A DNA stretch of 64,000 bases. It comes from a virus. Under the pieces are notes generated by a model. The model was given only the letters and a program-made list of their open reading frames with translations, searched no databases and was not told where the DNA came from. The stretch lies in IMG/VR virus record IMGVR_UViG_3300042384_001374, positions 12,100 through 76,099 of that record. One strand, given 5' to 3'. How positions within the stretch are numbered: position 1 is the first letter of the stretch; each line of letters starts with the position of its first letter. Shown piece after piece: positions 50,601-58,426 of this stretch. Made by a program: the position numbers and the translations under genes.

Positions 50601-53600
50601 CGATTCAAAGACTGGAGCTTCATAAGAAACTTCCAAACTCGCCACCATTGGAGACAGCTCGGCCACCGAAGCGATTTCCTGATTGGTCGAGTTCGGAGCG
50701 ATAGAGATTCCGGCAATGGCAATGGCCATCATCTTGGCCGAAGTCCAAATCTTATCTCCAAAACGAGAAAGCTCTTTTGAAAATCCGCGAAGCCAAACAA
50801 GGAACTTGTCTTTGCTGCCAAACTTCAAAGCCTCCACCACGGCTGTATCAACCAACGTCGGAGCAGCTTTCCTGATTTCCTCCAAAGGAGCCTCATCAGG
50901 AAGTGTTTCAAGGCTCTCTGATTCTTTTTTAGTTTCAGCGATTTCCTTCAAATCCTTTTCGGAAACAGGCTCTTCAGCTTTTACTTCCGCTTTCGGTTCA
51001 ACCGGAGCAGTTGTTGCAGCCGGAACCTGAGGTAATGATTCTCTAAACCGTTGTAAAGCAGTAGCTAGTTTAGTGGCGCTCAAATTGTCCCTCATCGTTT
51101 TCACACGAATGTCGATGTCGGAGGCAATCAACTCCGAGTCGTCGTCATGCTTTTCCTGAAGCTCGCGCAGCAAACGCGGCTCCACCGTCACCTTGCCATC
51201 ACGCCCGACCCACAACCCGGTTTCTTTGATGCCGTCCATTTCGGCTTGGTGGCTGGATACGGTAAATCCTCCCGACGAAATGGTTTTGACCTTTGGCTTG
51301 GGCGCGACCGTCGCCTTATTGGTCGAATCAATCCGAACGGCATTGGCGGTGGCTTCTTCGTCTTTGGTAAGTGTGTCGGTAGACGATACTTCTGGTTTAG
51401 CCGTGGCTAAAGCCGGGTCAGATCCCGCAGGTTTTGCTCCACCACTTCCGGTGGGAGCAGATTCCACCCCTTTGCCTGCATCCGTTCCCGCATTGCTCGG
51501 GCTTTTTGCCACAGGCGTTTCCGCTGTACTGGTGTTGTTTTCATTAGATGGTGATGATCGAAGAAGAGAGGCTATCATTTCCGAGGCATCAACGCGACTC
51601 TTCTCGTCGCTCATTGATTCAGTGATACGTCCAAGTCTGGAAACTTGACTCTTCATTCGAGATAGCTCCGCTCCTTTTTGAGAATCATCCAAGCTCGCCA
51701 TTTTCTTGTAAGCCGTCGCAACCAACTTTTTAAGTTCAGGAGACGCTTCTTTCCATTCTTGAGCCCATGCTTTTTCCGCTGACTCTTGGCCTCCTCTAGC
51801 CAAAATGTCTTGGTGATGAAACACCTCTTCATCAATAACTATGTCAAGAACGGCCTCCCACGTATCTTTGAACTTTTTCTTGATCCGTGAAAGAAATCCG
51901 GGAGCCACACGAAGTTCTGATCCATCCATTGAAACCTGAATCTGTGGACCTTCAAATTGATTACCTCGAACCACTTTTAATCCTTTAGGAACTCTAGGTT
52001 GAATCTCTTTCGAGTCCTCTTCAAAATCAGCATCGTTTTTCCCGGCAATGTCTGACAAAGATTGCCCTCCTTCCGGTATTACGCTGGATTCATCCGTAGA
52101 AGGGGTCAAAGACGCGTCGGAAGCCTCCAGCTGGGACTCAGTGGCGGAAACAGAAGTGGATGCCGCAGGAGTGCTGGCTGGAGCCGTTGGCGTGGTGAGG
52201 ATTGAAGTAAAGCGATTGACACCGGGAATGTCCATTTCGCGGGCACTGGCAATTAACACCTGCGCCTTGTCTTGAATTGAAGTTTTGTCAGAAGCAAGAT
52301 ACTCAGCTAATGACTGAATTTCGAGCGTTTTTGGATCAGCGTTACCAAAAGTCTCAAACTTTTCGACGTTGGTTTTGATTTTCTTCCAAATCCCTTCTTG
52401 AGTTTGCAATGCATCTGACTTGCCGAAAATTTGGCGTGGATTGAGCGCGGCGTTTTGCGCCCCGCCAGCCGTGCCACCAATTGCTCCGAGAACCCCGGCC
52501 TTGATGTATCCCTGCCAGTTGTTTTGGATCTGTTCCCATTCAGCTTCGGTCCACGACTTCGAATCGTGAGACATCGACTGAATAGCTCCACTGATCACTT
52601 CGTCCATCATCTCCTCCACACCTTCCGCTACCACGTCATCGACAATGCCAAAGCCGTGAAGCCCAAGTCGTTTGCTGGTGGCGTCCATCGAAGCCGCCAA
52701 GCCGGTGCCAAACGCTTTACGCAAAGCGGCAGCGTCTGCCCCGGCAAACTTACCCAAAGCTTCCTGCGTCTCACGCATCATTGTCCCGCTACTCACCTTG
52801 GAGCGAATCGACTGAACCAAGCTTCCTCCAGTGTTTTGACCGCCATCCAGCAACCGCCCGGCACCCTTGGCGAACCGGTTCATGATGGAAGTGGCAATAA
52901 ACGCTCCAAGTCCGTCAGACACGCCATGGGTGACCGCCTCTTTGTGGGCCTCTTCCCGAGAGTTGGTGCGCTCGAATGCGTCGTTAAACGTGCGGCCGTA
53001 ACTCATGCCGCTGGCCTGCAATGAACCCAGAATCACTTCGGAGTCGGCAGCAATGGTTTTGACCAAGCCTCCAGCTTTCTGGCCAAGCGTTTTAGTTGTG
53101 ACTAAACCAGCCTCAACAGCGGCAACACGCTCAGCAGCCTTGATAGTAGCGCGAGACAATAATTGACCTTCAGCGCCAACCACATAACGAGAAGCGCCGG
53201 AAGCTCCAACCTTAACCAAACCCTTCCCCGCCAACGAACCACCCACGCCCATCGCAATAAATGAACCAATCTGCCCAGCCAGCTCGGTAAGGTCACGGCG
53301 GTTAATATCCACCCCAAACACGTCAAACTGCTTAGTGTTGTTGTAGGCTTTGCCTGAATCTGCAGCTAAGCCGCCCCATGCCTCCATCGGCGATGTGTAG
53401 TTGCCGCCGCTGCCGAGCCATAACGCCCCCGTGCCGGTCGCCATCAACGCGTCACGGAACGTTTCCGCCACTTCCTGACCCACTCCGTAGTTGTCTTTGT
53501 TGAAACGTTCTTTGTTCGCCTTAATGAACTCGTAGGCAGATGCTCCGGGCTTTGACATCGCCTCGTTGAACTCATCGTTCAGCGGCCGAGAGACAATCGC

Positions 53601-54443
53601 CCCCAGCACCCCGGCGTCGGCCGCAGCAAACGCATTCACCAACGTGCTGGCGTTCTTCTCCACGTTGTCGCGATGCTGCAAGCGCATCATCCGCTTTTCC
53701 GACTCGGGAATTTTCAACGCGTCAATCGACGCCTCCACCTTGTCAATCTGGGCGTAGAAGTCCGGGTTGATGATGTGCTGCCCTCCGACCTTTTCGATGA
53801 TGGTGTCGCCCATCTGGCCGGGCTGGAAGTCAGCAATCGACATGCGCCGAGACCATTCCTTTTTCAGCTCCTTGTTTTTAGGATCAATCTTGGCTGCTTC
53901 GTCGGTGATGTTGGCGTTGGCGTGTGCGACGTAGCCGTCCCACGACTGCGCTGCCAAATTGGTGCCGTCACCCAGCGCAGTAGTTTCCTTGCGCCAGTCG
54001 TCCATTTCACTCAGCGGGTCAAAAGCCTTCGGCTTGGGTTGGGCTTGGGTGAAGTCGTCCACCCAAGGCGATGTCTGCCACTTGCCCGAGTAGTCGTCCA
54101 TGTAAATGCCGCCTTCCGGGTCCTGTGCGGCCGTTTGGAGGAGCTGCTTGGTCTTGGTCACGTATTCCTGTCCTTTGCCGGTCAACGTGCCAGCAGACGA
54201 CCACACGGGCGCTTGAATAAGCTCGCCCTTGGCATCCACAGAATCCACCAGCTTGTCGCGTTTGCCTTCCAGCTCGGTGAGGAACGCATTCATCGCCCGG
54301 TCCACCAACGCGGGACGAGCTTCCGGAGAAGCGCTGATCCACGACGGCGCGCGAAGCAGGTTGGTGGGGTTGGTGAAGTCGTCGTAGTTCTCCACTTCAG
54401 TCTCAACTTCTGCCGGGCTGCCATCGGGGTCCATGAAGGTCAT
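38601..54443 (-). CDS. giant (5280 aa) multidomain virion/ejection protein with CHAP-like peptidoglycan hydrolase domain
   Basis: Last gene of the structural arm; PWCTAF..GD..V..GGHTGF..LSGN domain at about 49.9-50.3 kb; two DEExxH zincin-like segments; Gly/Ala-rich N-terminal region. Confidence 0.85.
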   Translation of the reverse strand: MTFMDPDGSPAEVETEVENYDDFTNPTNLLRAPSWISASPEARPALVDRAMNAFLTELEGKRDKLVDSVDAKGELIQAPVWSSAGTLTGKGQEYVTKTKQLLQTAAQDPEGGIYMDDYSGKWQTSPWVDDFTQAQPKPKAFDPLSEMDDWRKETTALGDGTNLAAQSWDGYVAHANANITDEAAKIDPKNKELKKEWSRRMSIADFQPGQMGDTIIEKVGGQHIINPDFYAQIDKVEASIDALKIPESEKRMMRLQHRDNVEKNASTLVNAFAAADAGVLGAIVSRPLNDEFNEAMSKPGASAYEFIKANKERFNKDNYGVGQEVAETFRDALMATGTGALWLGSGGNYTSPMEAWGGLAADSGKAYNNTKQFDVFGVDINRRDLTELAGQIGSFIAMGVGGSLAGKGLVKVGASGASRYVVGAEGQLLSRATIKAAERVAAVEAGLVTTKTLGQKAGGLVKTIAADSEVILGSLQASGMSYGRTFNDAFERTNSREEAHKEAVTHGVSDGLGAFIATSIMNRFAKGAGRLLDGGQNTGGSLVQSIRSKVSSGTMMRETQEALGKFAGADAAALRKAFGTGLAASMDATSKRLGLHGFGIVDDVVAEGVEEMMDEVISGAIQSMSHDSKSWTEAEWEQIQNNWQGYIKAGVLGAIGGTAGGAQNAALNPRQIFGKSDALQTQEGIWKKIKTNVEKFETFGNADPKTLEIQSLAEYLASDKTSIQDKAQVLIASAREMDIPGVNRFTSILTTPTAPASTPAASTSVSATESQLEASDASLTPSTDESSVIPEGGQSLSDIAGKNDADFEEDSKEIQPRVPKGLKVVRGNQFEGPQIQVSMDGSELRVAPGFLSRIKKKFKDTWEAVLDIVIDEEVFHHQDILARGGQESAEKAWAQEWKEASPELKKLVATAYKKMASLDDSQKGAELSRMKSQVSRLGRITESMSDEKSRVDASEMIASLLRSSPSNENNTSTAETPVAKSPSNAGTDAGKGVESAPTGSGGAKPAGSDPALATAKPEVSSTDTLTKDEEATANAVRIDSTNKATVAPKPKVKTISSGGFTVSSHQAEMDGIKETGLWVGRDGKVTVEPRLLRELQEKHDDDSELIASDIDIRVKTMRDNLSATKLATALQRFRESLPQVPAATTAPVEPKAEVKAEEPVSEKDLKEIAETKKESESLETLPDEAPLEEIRKAAPTLVDTAVVEALKFGSKDKFLVWLRGFSKELSRFGDKIWTSAKMMAIAIAGISIAPNSTNQEIASVAELSPMVASLEVSYEAPVFESKDEFEDAEFDSSSNELPLVAKDNVAILDESTLPFPSIVSIDIPAPLVEVETKTTNVGPSLESTENFIASSNEFGPDDAIVLPGKISKWWLRQGSDPSVNAGAALLNEKEKSSSRIKSMLVSLGVSQSPSTFPWCTAFTSWSLRQGGSSVKNFSARAFLNMGEKTTSPSYGDVAVLWNNNPATGGKNGWGGHTGFVLGETSTHVILLSGNSEDSVNVAAFPKTRVLGYRSFGMNGQLAQNRSQGKRRLPRRKRKNNSSIAKLDALKVSDEKFEGSAIDAVDPEGALIVASDTIEQSQTDEAGGKWERVNMQEQSEQERAKENAVQDGMGEKIVYTYKAPKGQTLSVKVGQTVLIQGEPDSILVLDSAKNGKWTFRKVSLSPEGLSLRTLNQGVRNIQWNKTRLTEAAKLIKPLLPGIANGSVTVSQVRSALSGVMDVVSPNFKNKVAELDLSKEGASFLRANLQTNRIEVDFSKLKEQLRQQYAGVNMSSDLAKNILAADVARVLAYWVDEETLHLLTKDVFEDAELEQLYKDIAKNPEHPFYKLLVETAAERYPGRSVDPKEKDKAKGLKFVKGADYAVAAELIRKLHQLRHSGSYTERAVRNESQWLQGSINMDADETGKIGKLVNTVAALVKRYSDRIKNILAMRWTIGQLPQSQQQMLFRLDQAYRQAGVQGDVNFAREDALERTLEMQREGTEAHLKWGNKITAEHFQAVTELRQIVDQFPNTKFESVFDIDGETLAMSLKPIIKDYLEKYVADFALDDSGTSAAMQRIDALLADINDEKSDLSADQTGFERAKTLVFLNRQVMEARMAAMDFDITPALELGGPDAGKTLSRIRQHIDNTVPKEQQAEDYRQLSVMHKQRVRAIEGKMAMLRLKQAGRDQTLINAMDPRTNIGRRSILATAKRFRLENPFDREGINPNDVTTIMKRLKARVLERSVNLEQHSSYMGRTAEPLISTSDDVMLPMVKVADQLQILETELADARRSASEAEAKSFSVQWDVPEVPLSSQRMSKFMQFKEALDTYNGSIQNLQRLAFGDVWTRPKEFGLGMRDLNREARTGRGEGLSFPTSISSPSALDNLSAPSIAPSSNKNDTFGVRFEDTGRYLGFRPKLHWYEEGKGMDPLTPDQVMDNQERAVIEIAGNSNAAYAGRMQWLQFFVDWVDGKIGDTKEADTYWHTGGFALPKDTNSEIGADRYRAANAFRTADVKMFNDLVFKASNEAQKLAKGKGDKNQPARKALIAHVSQMEAWAKETVALVSQPKEDIADGFAPLITELGGKQTLAGRVKGLIESQFNNKAFLRQIGGETETNGLIRLLDDLQMVLTKDHGVVAAELFDGMIVNVRARLDGANDAARLTNKALIEFRDQQWRDNVAFEGSRWQREASYTGDNAELERLRDAPIDARILSNLSWLMKFHEKQRDYVFGSNFAFELLEMINRSNRGEGVMPMIYNKTGNITDPNVFDDDKRTNRSETVQSMMESLDGDRVKTAAEVAIDQAAGPENQRRMALTGAALMIGSQSNGDTLDIDAGRAFLFDLWAMENDHKSRDEQRQLVRKGIRGTFPLAKSMSNPEAFYDEMEKELSNLTGQTPSVETVLVSLLELKQSFEATIVEEAKAGHKIGRALAVVKLAAGRVEEIVDTNGTINNPGVNPPKYSGGNVETDEEFIVNETVDEELLFSRLPKIPNAKNGYQWAYRGEGWQGKSSNTILSYVEGSGSKFWSLENGAGERFDSKHYLEQVKQGTPKKPVKRDVKKYRKVAKSSLQTNSMASPEESDAIARMLKGSMTSNDEVMVYDASMLVHGIDGIGNPILSQLIQTFPGETLVVSPKDSQVTRYGLDDVGFKIFPGTDGGPNVVYSPSSQKNPDKNATESFGGIAQSLKIASKNEAVRGQVAEMARIIRLSLDPAVFPESIAADPSGHLSDVAELGRTLRLDGDGGALINMFGDDQSTASDILIVAEVLTNPKAKELFDKVYIGVDGFADTLLAEPVELALQEGIRNILRANTGAQEHDQDHVDRATEESVTLDEEESDNYNWYDSTPDAPEIEALKEAKTFEELQEIMEGRRQSTKFDDDRKANRFGPDAPRINKRLAKELQGNGLNPSDAFLFNGLARIIEQGKAAGGVFPMAPSNERTTSDILSAPLDPTGQGISTDKLRIAVAGPALQGNVEKGLKAATKMYVGEMRNLTIPKVSGRTSQNIAFQKRNIDSTNSSLLLRAPAVRTLVGAAVVKKAISKFSKDADASGFGLVDVNLPLDDAMMESIRMALPAGVLDAAELEAKLSLDTLEKNQTRLNELREALLAEIGAYEADNGQAFQELLDNSPEGANLLATAKDWSESLKAETRDMVVAHVTRFAEMMKDDSGNAANLGHVVHLMLTEGMENNPQLKAAVDGLYKQANAIGALVRERNTLLTPDENNELPQGDTQGINSRISDAARLFNLHVSIFNSHAEMHARQVMRWTGVDPKKANLSGFRLKTFKETDDFTRQEQTDVMNSLSGMLNGRKFAQGFMDNMVREITQGVTAGAKPKMQTNAFMRMVSEELMKNETIDLPAFIDEEINKLLDSNEGFVSDPEQSIDEIFRAARNFENLSTQKQQVLIGVDLQRALQDIALTTNQARALLSSKARSVEQEQGRKEAAIYLGRVERELEQTRNELSVIDSNKGKVPVGMGYYSGRASQGQKNDQSGGLLTKAIDEKVTYKAQLTLTNPLPPVSDDVQAPASASSEPSGTMSRRDYWIRQKAVITALTEQSENRIEDAYKFVRGSRDQFMNFDPLKAINQAVDLVQLEEQIVKEVMQDAHSDAQEAQYKGMTADAAAYLSDPEEALTLTRTAQNRVKQINLPKSHQLRKEKLGVLINQEGEKVIMMPLNARELLMQHFPKITKRNVNREMERIILDALPVNQGVPAQGSYSYFLAGTEKEVGKDFDGADFSPAKQNLKKGEAAKAFSDDWRKGMQTWLDDAMSSVTGAKRTADLTGDVSKKQLDQFGYMIERLVIAHGDTRLSDSTKAKIKTLLKSIDSGEFAKVGGSSVKDMDVSRMLAFRVEPVFSLAFAEIEAIEIQKCLITDFVSFDGKKHALELGALKFLHHQDARIRSKFRRNFAARQAAIHLQDFIEYGIDGTSGRQGYETSKKAEEEKIVKAAKPIGNNAKDQTIGYLISVFRGIDTAFGMHRETATNRLVTDIGRGLNELENLNRAQGLYFGELVKGPDGKAVLDANKNPIPTGKVIPKLNRYWNADNLDMIRDLELAREVRGWMLESGISNTIISSPEIAKELTDKFIALLESKVTLGNEAAVEGYAQQLNRSFADISSAMQLTMAMLSQDAAVDKQPGELLKGERMVTGESWRDDAKEAFKITYSSVPLRVGYAARPDPAEQQVSSDRFIADPIDMVSLKDSSFFGGYGKGGYFNSRNPFRPISLNGLTAPLSLLDDAIYKLNVTPTYEVLRRSLGRVVQDEHGVNTIKDGDFLNKANEMIPDDIDWNDPAQRKAKQEAEDEIKKFRQALSAIAEENETILQNDAANGVSNTGGAEAMRFLGSLYIVRALASLQQVWNQTTGPSVGYAAGKIAVGKGKQAAQYFSILQKLITDRKFNEQAREFVRKTDRSVYYRSADGADVARDIMHSQVRFGKSTAKNLAGKGLREYEKLGEKALHWTIGKGESYLSTAMFIVELADQMKMEPADVVKSNVEPTAMAKSNARRKVNDVMAQSDQSKKSWMFQNRTSSPGRNALWRSMVRFSNHTSSMASNTSVLVPILFDEKADAETKKEALENVVTSLTQNILFYPFKLQMLVPMVSYLFFLAGGDDDDKAQKKAQKLANEWMFVDKKSSMLGEVIKTITFGNKRELFDQTKKADAAQASAFAEIASRSLLELTTAVPVLGVMAGYAPVSGLVQKTVTNPMAIAGAAGLNNTFNRKQLKAGFGSYDKNGVTIRSYKDSWHGSLADLTAPTAMAHDALEAGVLTSQYLMSREAQRNRAASLLDAATYLTFEAIPFAREPRAEKRAEMREVIRKENK

Positions 54444-54494
54444 GAACTTTGTGTATCCTGATTATCTCGAAACGTCGAGAACTTCAAGCGGGTT

Positions 54495-55961
54495 TCAGAA
54501 GTCCTTTTTCGACGCACCCGCCCCAACCGGTGGTGCCATTTCGTCAAACCGATTTAGCACATCCTCAATGGTCGCGTCCTCATCCAGCCCGATGTTGACC
54601 TGACGGCCGTCCTCAACAATCCGTTCAGCTTCTTTCATCCGGTCAAACTTAGTGCCTGAAACAGCCAGCCGCTCCCTGAGTTTGGTGGAGTATTCCAAAT
54701 TGGCCAACCGGCGCTCCGACACGTTGGCTGAATTCAAACGAATTTTCATCTCGTCGTCTTCCTTTTTCACCTTGCGTGCGTCCTCCTTGATTTTTCGTTC
54801 GTTCTCGAAATTGGTGTATTCGCGCTGGAAGTGGGCGGCTTGGCCGGACGCTTTTGCGCGGAGCAGGTAAATTTCCCCGGCGAGCTTTTTCTTGGCCTGT
54901 GGGTCTTCGCTGTTCGCCAGCGCTTCCAGTTTGCCAATGGATTCGGTGAAGTCGGCAGTGAGCTGGTTGACGGCCTCTTCCGAGTCGTTGTAGCCCTTTA
55001 CTTTCTCGACGTAGCTGCGGAACGACTGCATGTCGCCACCCTTTTTCATGATGGCGGCAGCGGCGTTGGTGACAAAAGCGTCGCGCTCGGCCCGGTCTCT
55101 TGGTAGGCTGGACAAATCAAAGCCGGTGCTCTTGAGCGTGTTACGCAAAAACTCGAGGTTGTCGATGTCGGTGTATGACTTCAGGTTCTTCACTTGGTTG
55201 CCAATGGCAATGCCGCCGGTAATCTCGGCCAACGCCCGCAAGTTGTTGCGGTCATCTTCGCTGTCCTTGGGCAAAAGCGGGATCGTCTTGATCAACTTGT
55301 CGCGAGTCTCACGGTCTTCGCCAAACGCATTTATGCTGAAAATATTCTCCCCCAGCTTGGACGTGTCCTGATTATCAAACTGGTAGTTGGTCAACTCGAT
55401 TTGCTTTTGGGTCAACTTTGCTTTCTCAACAGCGTTGCCAAACTCCATGTCCTGCAACTTGGCCTTTTCATCAAACTTGGCGTCGTTGTATTCAACTCCA
55501 CGCATGTCCAAATCCATTTGCTTGGAACGCAGCGTGTTTTCCTTGGCGTCTAACACCGCACGGTCACCCGCCAACATCACCACGCGGGATTTGTTGATGA
55601 GGTCGTTGTTCAATTCGGACGGGTTGTTGATCGCCCTGTCACGCATCGCAGCCGCACGTTGTGACTCGTTCATGCCAGCCGTGCCGCGAACAAACCCAGA
55701 GTAGCCGTCAAACTCATCCTGTTCGGCCGCAGCCACGTCTTCGTCGCGTTGTTCGCGCCTGCCCTGCCTTGACCGCATTGAAAGCGTCTGGCGGCGCTCC
55801 AGCATGTCGGCAAGGGCCATCTGCTCGGGCAGCACGTCCATGTTGGCGTAGCCCTGCGCGATATAGCCCGCTCCAGACGCGTTGGCTTGAGGCGAAAGCA
55901 TTTCGTTGGCGTCGCGGTCGATGGCGCGGTCGGTGTCAGTCAGGTAGGGTGTGTAGGGCAT
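54495..55961 (-). CDS. putative internal virion protein
   Basis: Helical/coiled-coil 488 aa upstream of the giant protein. Confidence 0.65.
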   Translation of the reverse strand: MPYTPYLTDTDRAIDRDANEMLSPQANASGAGYIAQGYANMDVLPEQMALADMLERRQTLSMRSRQGRREQRDEDVAAAEQDEFDGYSGFVRGTAGMNESQRAAAMRDRAINNPSELNNDLINKSRVVMLAGDRAVLDAKENTLRSKQMDLDMRGVEYNDAKFDEKAKLQDMEFGNAVEKAKLTQKQIELTNYQFDNQDTSKLGENIFSINAFGEDRETRDKLIKTIPLLPKDSEDDRNNLRALAEITGGIAIGNQVKNLKSYTDIDNLEFLRNTLKSTGFDLSSLPRDRAERDAFVTNAAAAIMKKGGDMQSFRSYVEKVKGYNDSEEAVNQLTADFTESIGKLEALANSEDPQAKKKLAGEIYLLRAKASGQAAHFQREYTNFENERKIKEDARKVKKEDDEMKIRLNSANVSERRLANLEYSTKLRERLAVSGTKFDRMKEAERIVEDGRQVNIGLDEDATIEDVLNRFDEMAPPVGAGASKKDF

Positions 55962-55998
55962 CGGAATGAGTGGTCGTTTTAGTTGCGGCTAAAATAAA

Positions 55999-57741
55999 TC
56001 AGCGGGGAAGCGGGCGAGATGAAGCAGATGCGTATTCATCAAGAGCGGCTCGATACTCACGCAGGTTTCCAATCACCGAACGCTGTTTTCCGGGCTTTAA
56101 AACACTCGCGCTTCGATTGCCTTCAGCGTCTTTTTTCATGCTCCATCCAGTAGTCGGCCCGTAATACGATTCATTTACTCTTGTCACAATATTACGATTG
56201 CCTTTGGAGTCTTTCTCAACACCAAGAGAATTGTAAGTATCATCAGGTCCACCGTAAGCGCTTTGATAAAGCCGCTGTTTCTGGCCCATGTTTTTAGCAT
56301 CAGGATCAAACGTATCGTAATCCACGTCTTCCGGAAGCGCTGGGTCGGCGCGTTGGTCCATGAACAAACGCTTAACATTTCCTAAGCTTGCGTTATAATA
56401 AGTATTCTTTTCAAGATCGGAAAAATAGTCGGCCCATTGCTTTTTCTGGACTACAAGCGCCTTGTTGTTTTTGTCCTGCGTTGTTTTTAGCCTATCAGCG
56501 GATGCGGCTTTACTAGCTTCATACTTAGCGATGCGGTCTTTTTCGGAAGCGTCAAGATCCGCCATGACCTTTCTGGTGCGCTCAACAGAAGCTCCAGCAC
56601 GTTCGCTGGCATTCTTAGCCCTTCCTTCAATATCACCAAGCCCAACCGGATCGCCGCCAGCAAGTTCGTAGACATTTTGCTCAATGTTATCAACCGTCTT
56701 GCGGGCTGACTCTTTGCCTTGCTTGCCCGCATCCTTACGTTGCTGTGGAGTGAGCCCGGCCATGTTTTTGCGAATGGCGGCGATTTGCTCGGGGCTAAAT
56801 CCGGGTCCAAGATTTGCAATGGCGGTGTCCACTTTGGAATCTGACTCGCCGAACTCAGCATCATATTTTTTCTTGCCCACTTGAGCATCTGTTTCCCAAC
56901 CCATGCGCTTTTGAATTTGCTCACGTGAAACGTCAAGTTGGTCACCGCGTTGATAAGCTCTGTCGCGAGCTTCACCATCACCTTCTTTGATAGAAGTAGA
57001 ACGGTCGAGGTCTGCGGCAAATTGCTGTCTGGCATTTGGAGGAGCTGTTCCGTCCGCACGGGCTTTAGCCGCTGAACCAAATGCTCCTGACGAAGCAGAC
57101 TCTTGCCGTTTGCGTGCCTCTGTCTCAGTAAACGACTCTGTAGAGTTTTTGGGCAAACTTGCAGTGTCCTGATTTCCATAAGACCGATCGCGATCAGCAA
57201 CAGCAGCGGCCATTGCCCCATCTCCCAAATCAGCAAAAAGAGCCTCTTGACCATTGATGATCATTGGATCGTTAAAGCTTTGACCGTTCTTTGTTGGGTT
57301 TGAATCCAAACCGGGAGTAGATGGACCTCGATCCAAACCCGGAGTCTCCAAGCGGTTTTTTGGCGTCACCGAATCTGCCGGAGGCGCTTCGTTGATCATC
57401 CCGTTGTTGGCCCGGCCAATGTTGCCAAAGTCACTCCTAATTTTTGCCCCCTTGATGGTGCCATCAGCCACCCGTTGCTCGCGGTCGTCCGCGTTGGTAA
57501 TACCTCCGGTTCCCTGAAACCCCTGCCCGCTGATCGACTGACGCAGACTGTTGAATGCAGCAGCCGATTTGGCGTCGCCTTTTCGAACAGCACGGTTGAT
57601 GTTGCGATCAAGCCGCTCGCCCATTTTCACCTTGTCACGCTGGACCTTCTCAGCCCGACGCAACTCGTCGCGCCTCTTAAAAGATCCTTCGCCAAGTGCG
57701 CTTTGCGATCCGTTGATTGCATTCCAGTCGGGAGTTACCAT
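55999..57741 (-). CDS. putative internal virion protein
   Basis: Charged, low-complexity 580 aa in the structural cluster. Confidence 0.65.
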   Translation of the reverse strand: MVTPDWNAINGSQSALGEGSFKRRDELRRAEKVQRDKVKMGERLDRNINRAVRKGDAKSAAAFNSLRQSISGQGFQGTGGITNADDREQRVADGTIKGAKIRSDFGNIGRANNGMINEAPPADSVTPKNRLETPGLDRGPSTPGLDSNPTKNGQSFNDPMIINGQEALFADLGDGAMAAAVADRDRSYGNQDTASLPKNSTESFTETEARKRQESASSGAFGSAAKARADGTAPPNARQQFAADLDRSTSIKEGDGEARDRAYQRGDQLDVSREQIQKRMGWETDAQVGKKKYDAEFGESDSKVDTAIANLGPGFSPEQIAAIRKNMAGLTPQQRKDAGKQGKESARKTVDNIEQNVYELAGGDPVGLGDIEGRAKNASERAGASVERTRKVMADLDASEKDRIAKYEASKAASADRLKTTQDKNNKALVVQKKQWADYFSDLEKNTYYNASLGNVKRLFMDQRADPALPEDVDYDTFDPDAKNMGQKQRLYQSAYGGPDDTYNSLGVEKDSKGNRNIVTRVNESYYGPTTGWSMKKDAEGNRSASVLKPGKQRSVIGNLREYRAALDEYASASSRPLPR

Positions 57742-57769
57742 GGTGATTTTTTTAGTTGTGGCTAAAGTT

Positions 57770-58426
57770 TTAGAAAAACTGCTTCGGTTGACGGCGCAGG
57801 CTCGAATCCAAGCCCATGTAATACTTCTTCACCCCTTCGGTCTGGCGCTCGCTCAGGCGCATGAAAGCTTCCATTTCGCCCCATTTTTGGTTGCCCCTGT
57901 CCACGTCGCCGTTCAGTTCGTAAATTACCGCTTGGATGGCGCACTTAAGCCCGCCAAGTCCTTCAATGGGCACAAGATCGTCGTCAGCCAGCATCGGAGG
58001 CTCTTTTTTCAACAGCACAAAATAAGGCCCACCATCCAACGTGAAACCAATTGGAGCCCGATATTTACGCAGTCTCGCTCCCTCATCTTCGATGGTGCCG
58101 TAATCGACAAACTGCAAGTCGCCGCCGTTAATCTTGTCCTTGTAAAGAATAGACTTGTCCGCAATCGACCATCCTCGCTGGCCCGTTCTAAACCCCAATG
58201 CTCCAGAAAACATTTGCTCGTCAAAACGAATGAAATATTCGTTCGTTTCGGCATCAAGAATCCATTCGTCATCTTCAATTTGAAACTCCTCGGTGGTTCC
58301 GGGGTAACGACCCATCTCAAAAATCCGGTCTACCGCTTCTTGGATAGCTGCTTCAATCGTGTGATTGTTGGTCGCCAGCCCGGCAAATCGAGTCTGGGCT
58401 TCAAGGAATGTCATTAGTCTGGCCAT
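57770..58426 (-). CDS. putative head-tail adaptor/tail tubular protein
   Basis: Size, position and IQEAVDRI..G..PG pattern. Confidence 0.45.
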   Translation of the reverse strand: MARLMTFLEAQTRFAGLATNNHTIEAAIQEAVDRIFEMGRYPGTTEEFQIEDDEWILDAETNEYFIRFDEQMFSGALGFRTGQRGWSIADKSILYKDKINGGDLQFVDYGTIEDEGARLRKYRAPIGFTLDGGPYFVLLKKEPPMLADDDLVPIEGLGGLKCAIQAVIYELNGDVDRGNQKWGEMEAFMRLSERQTEGVKKYYMGLDSSLRRQPKQFF

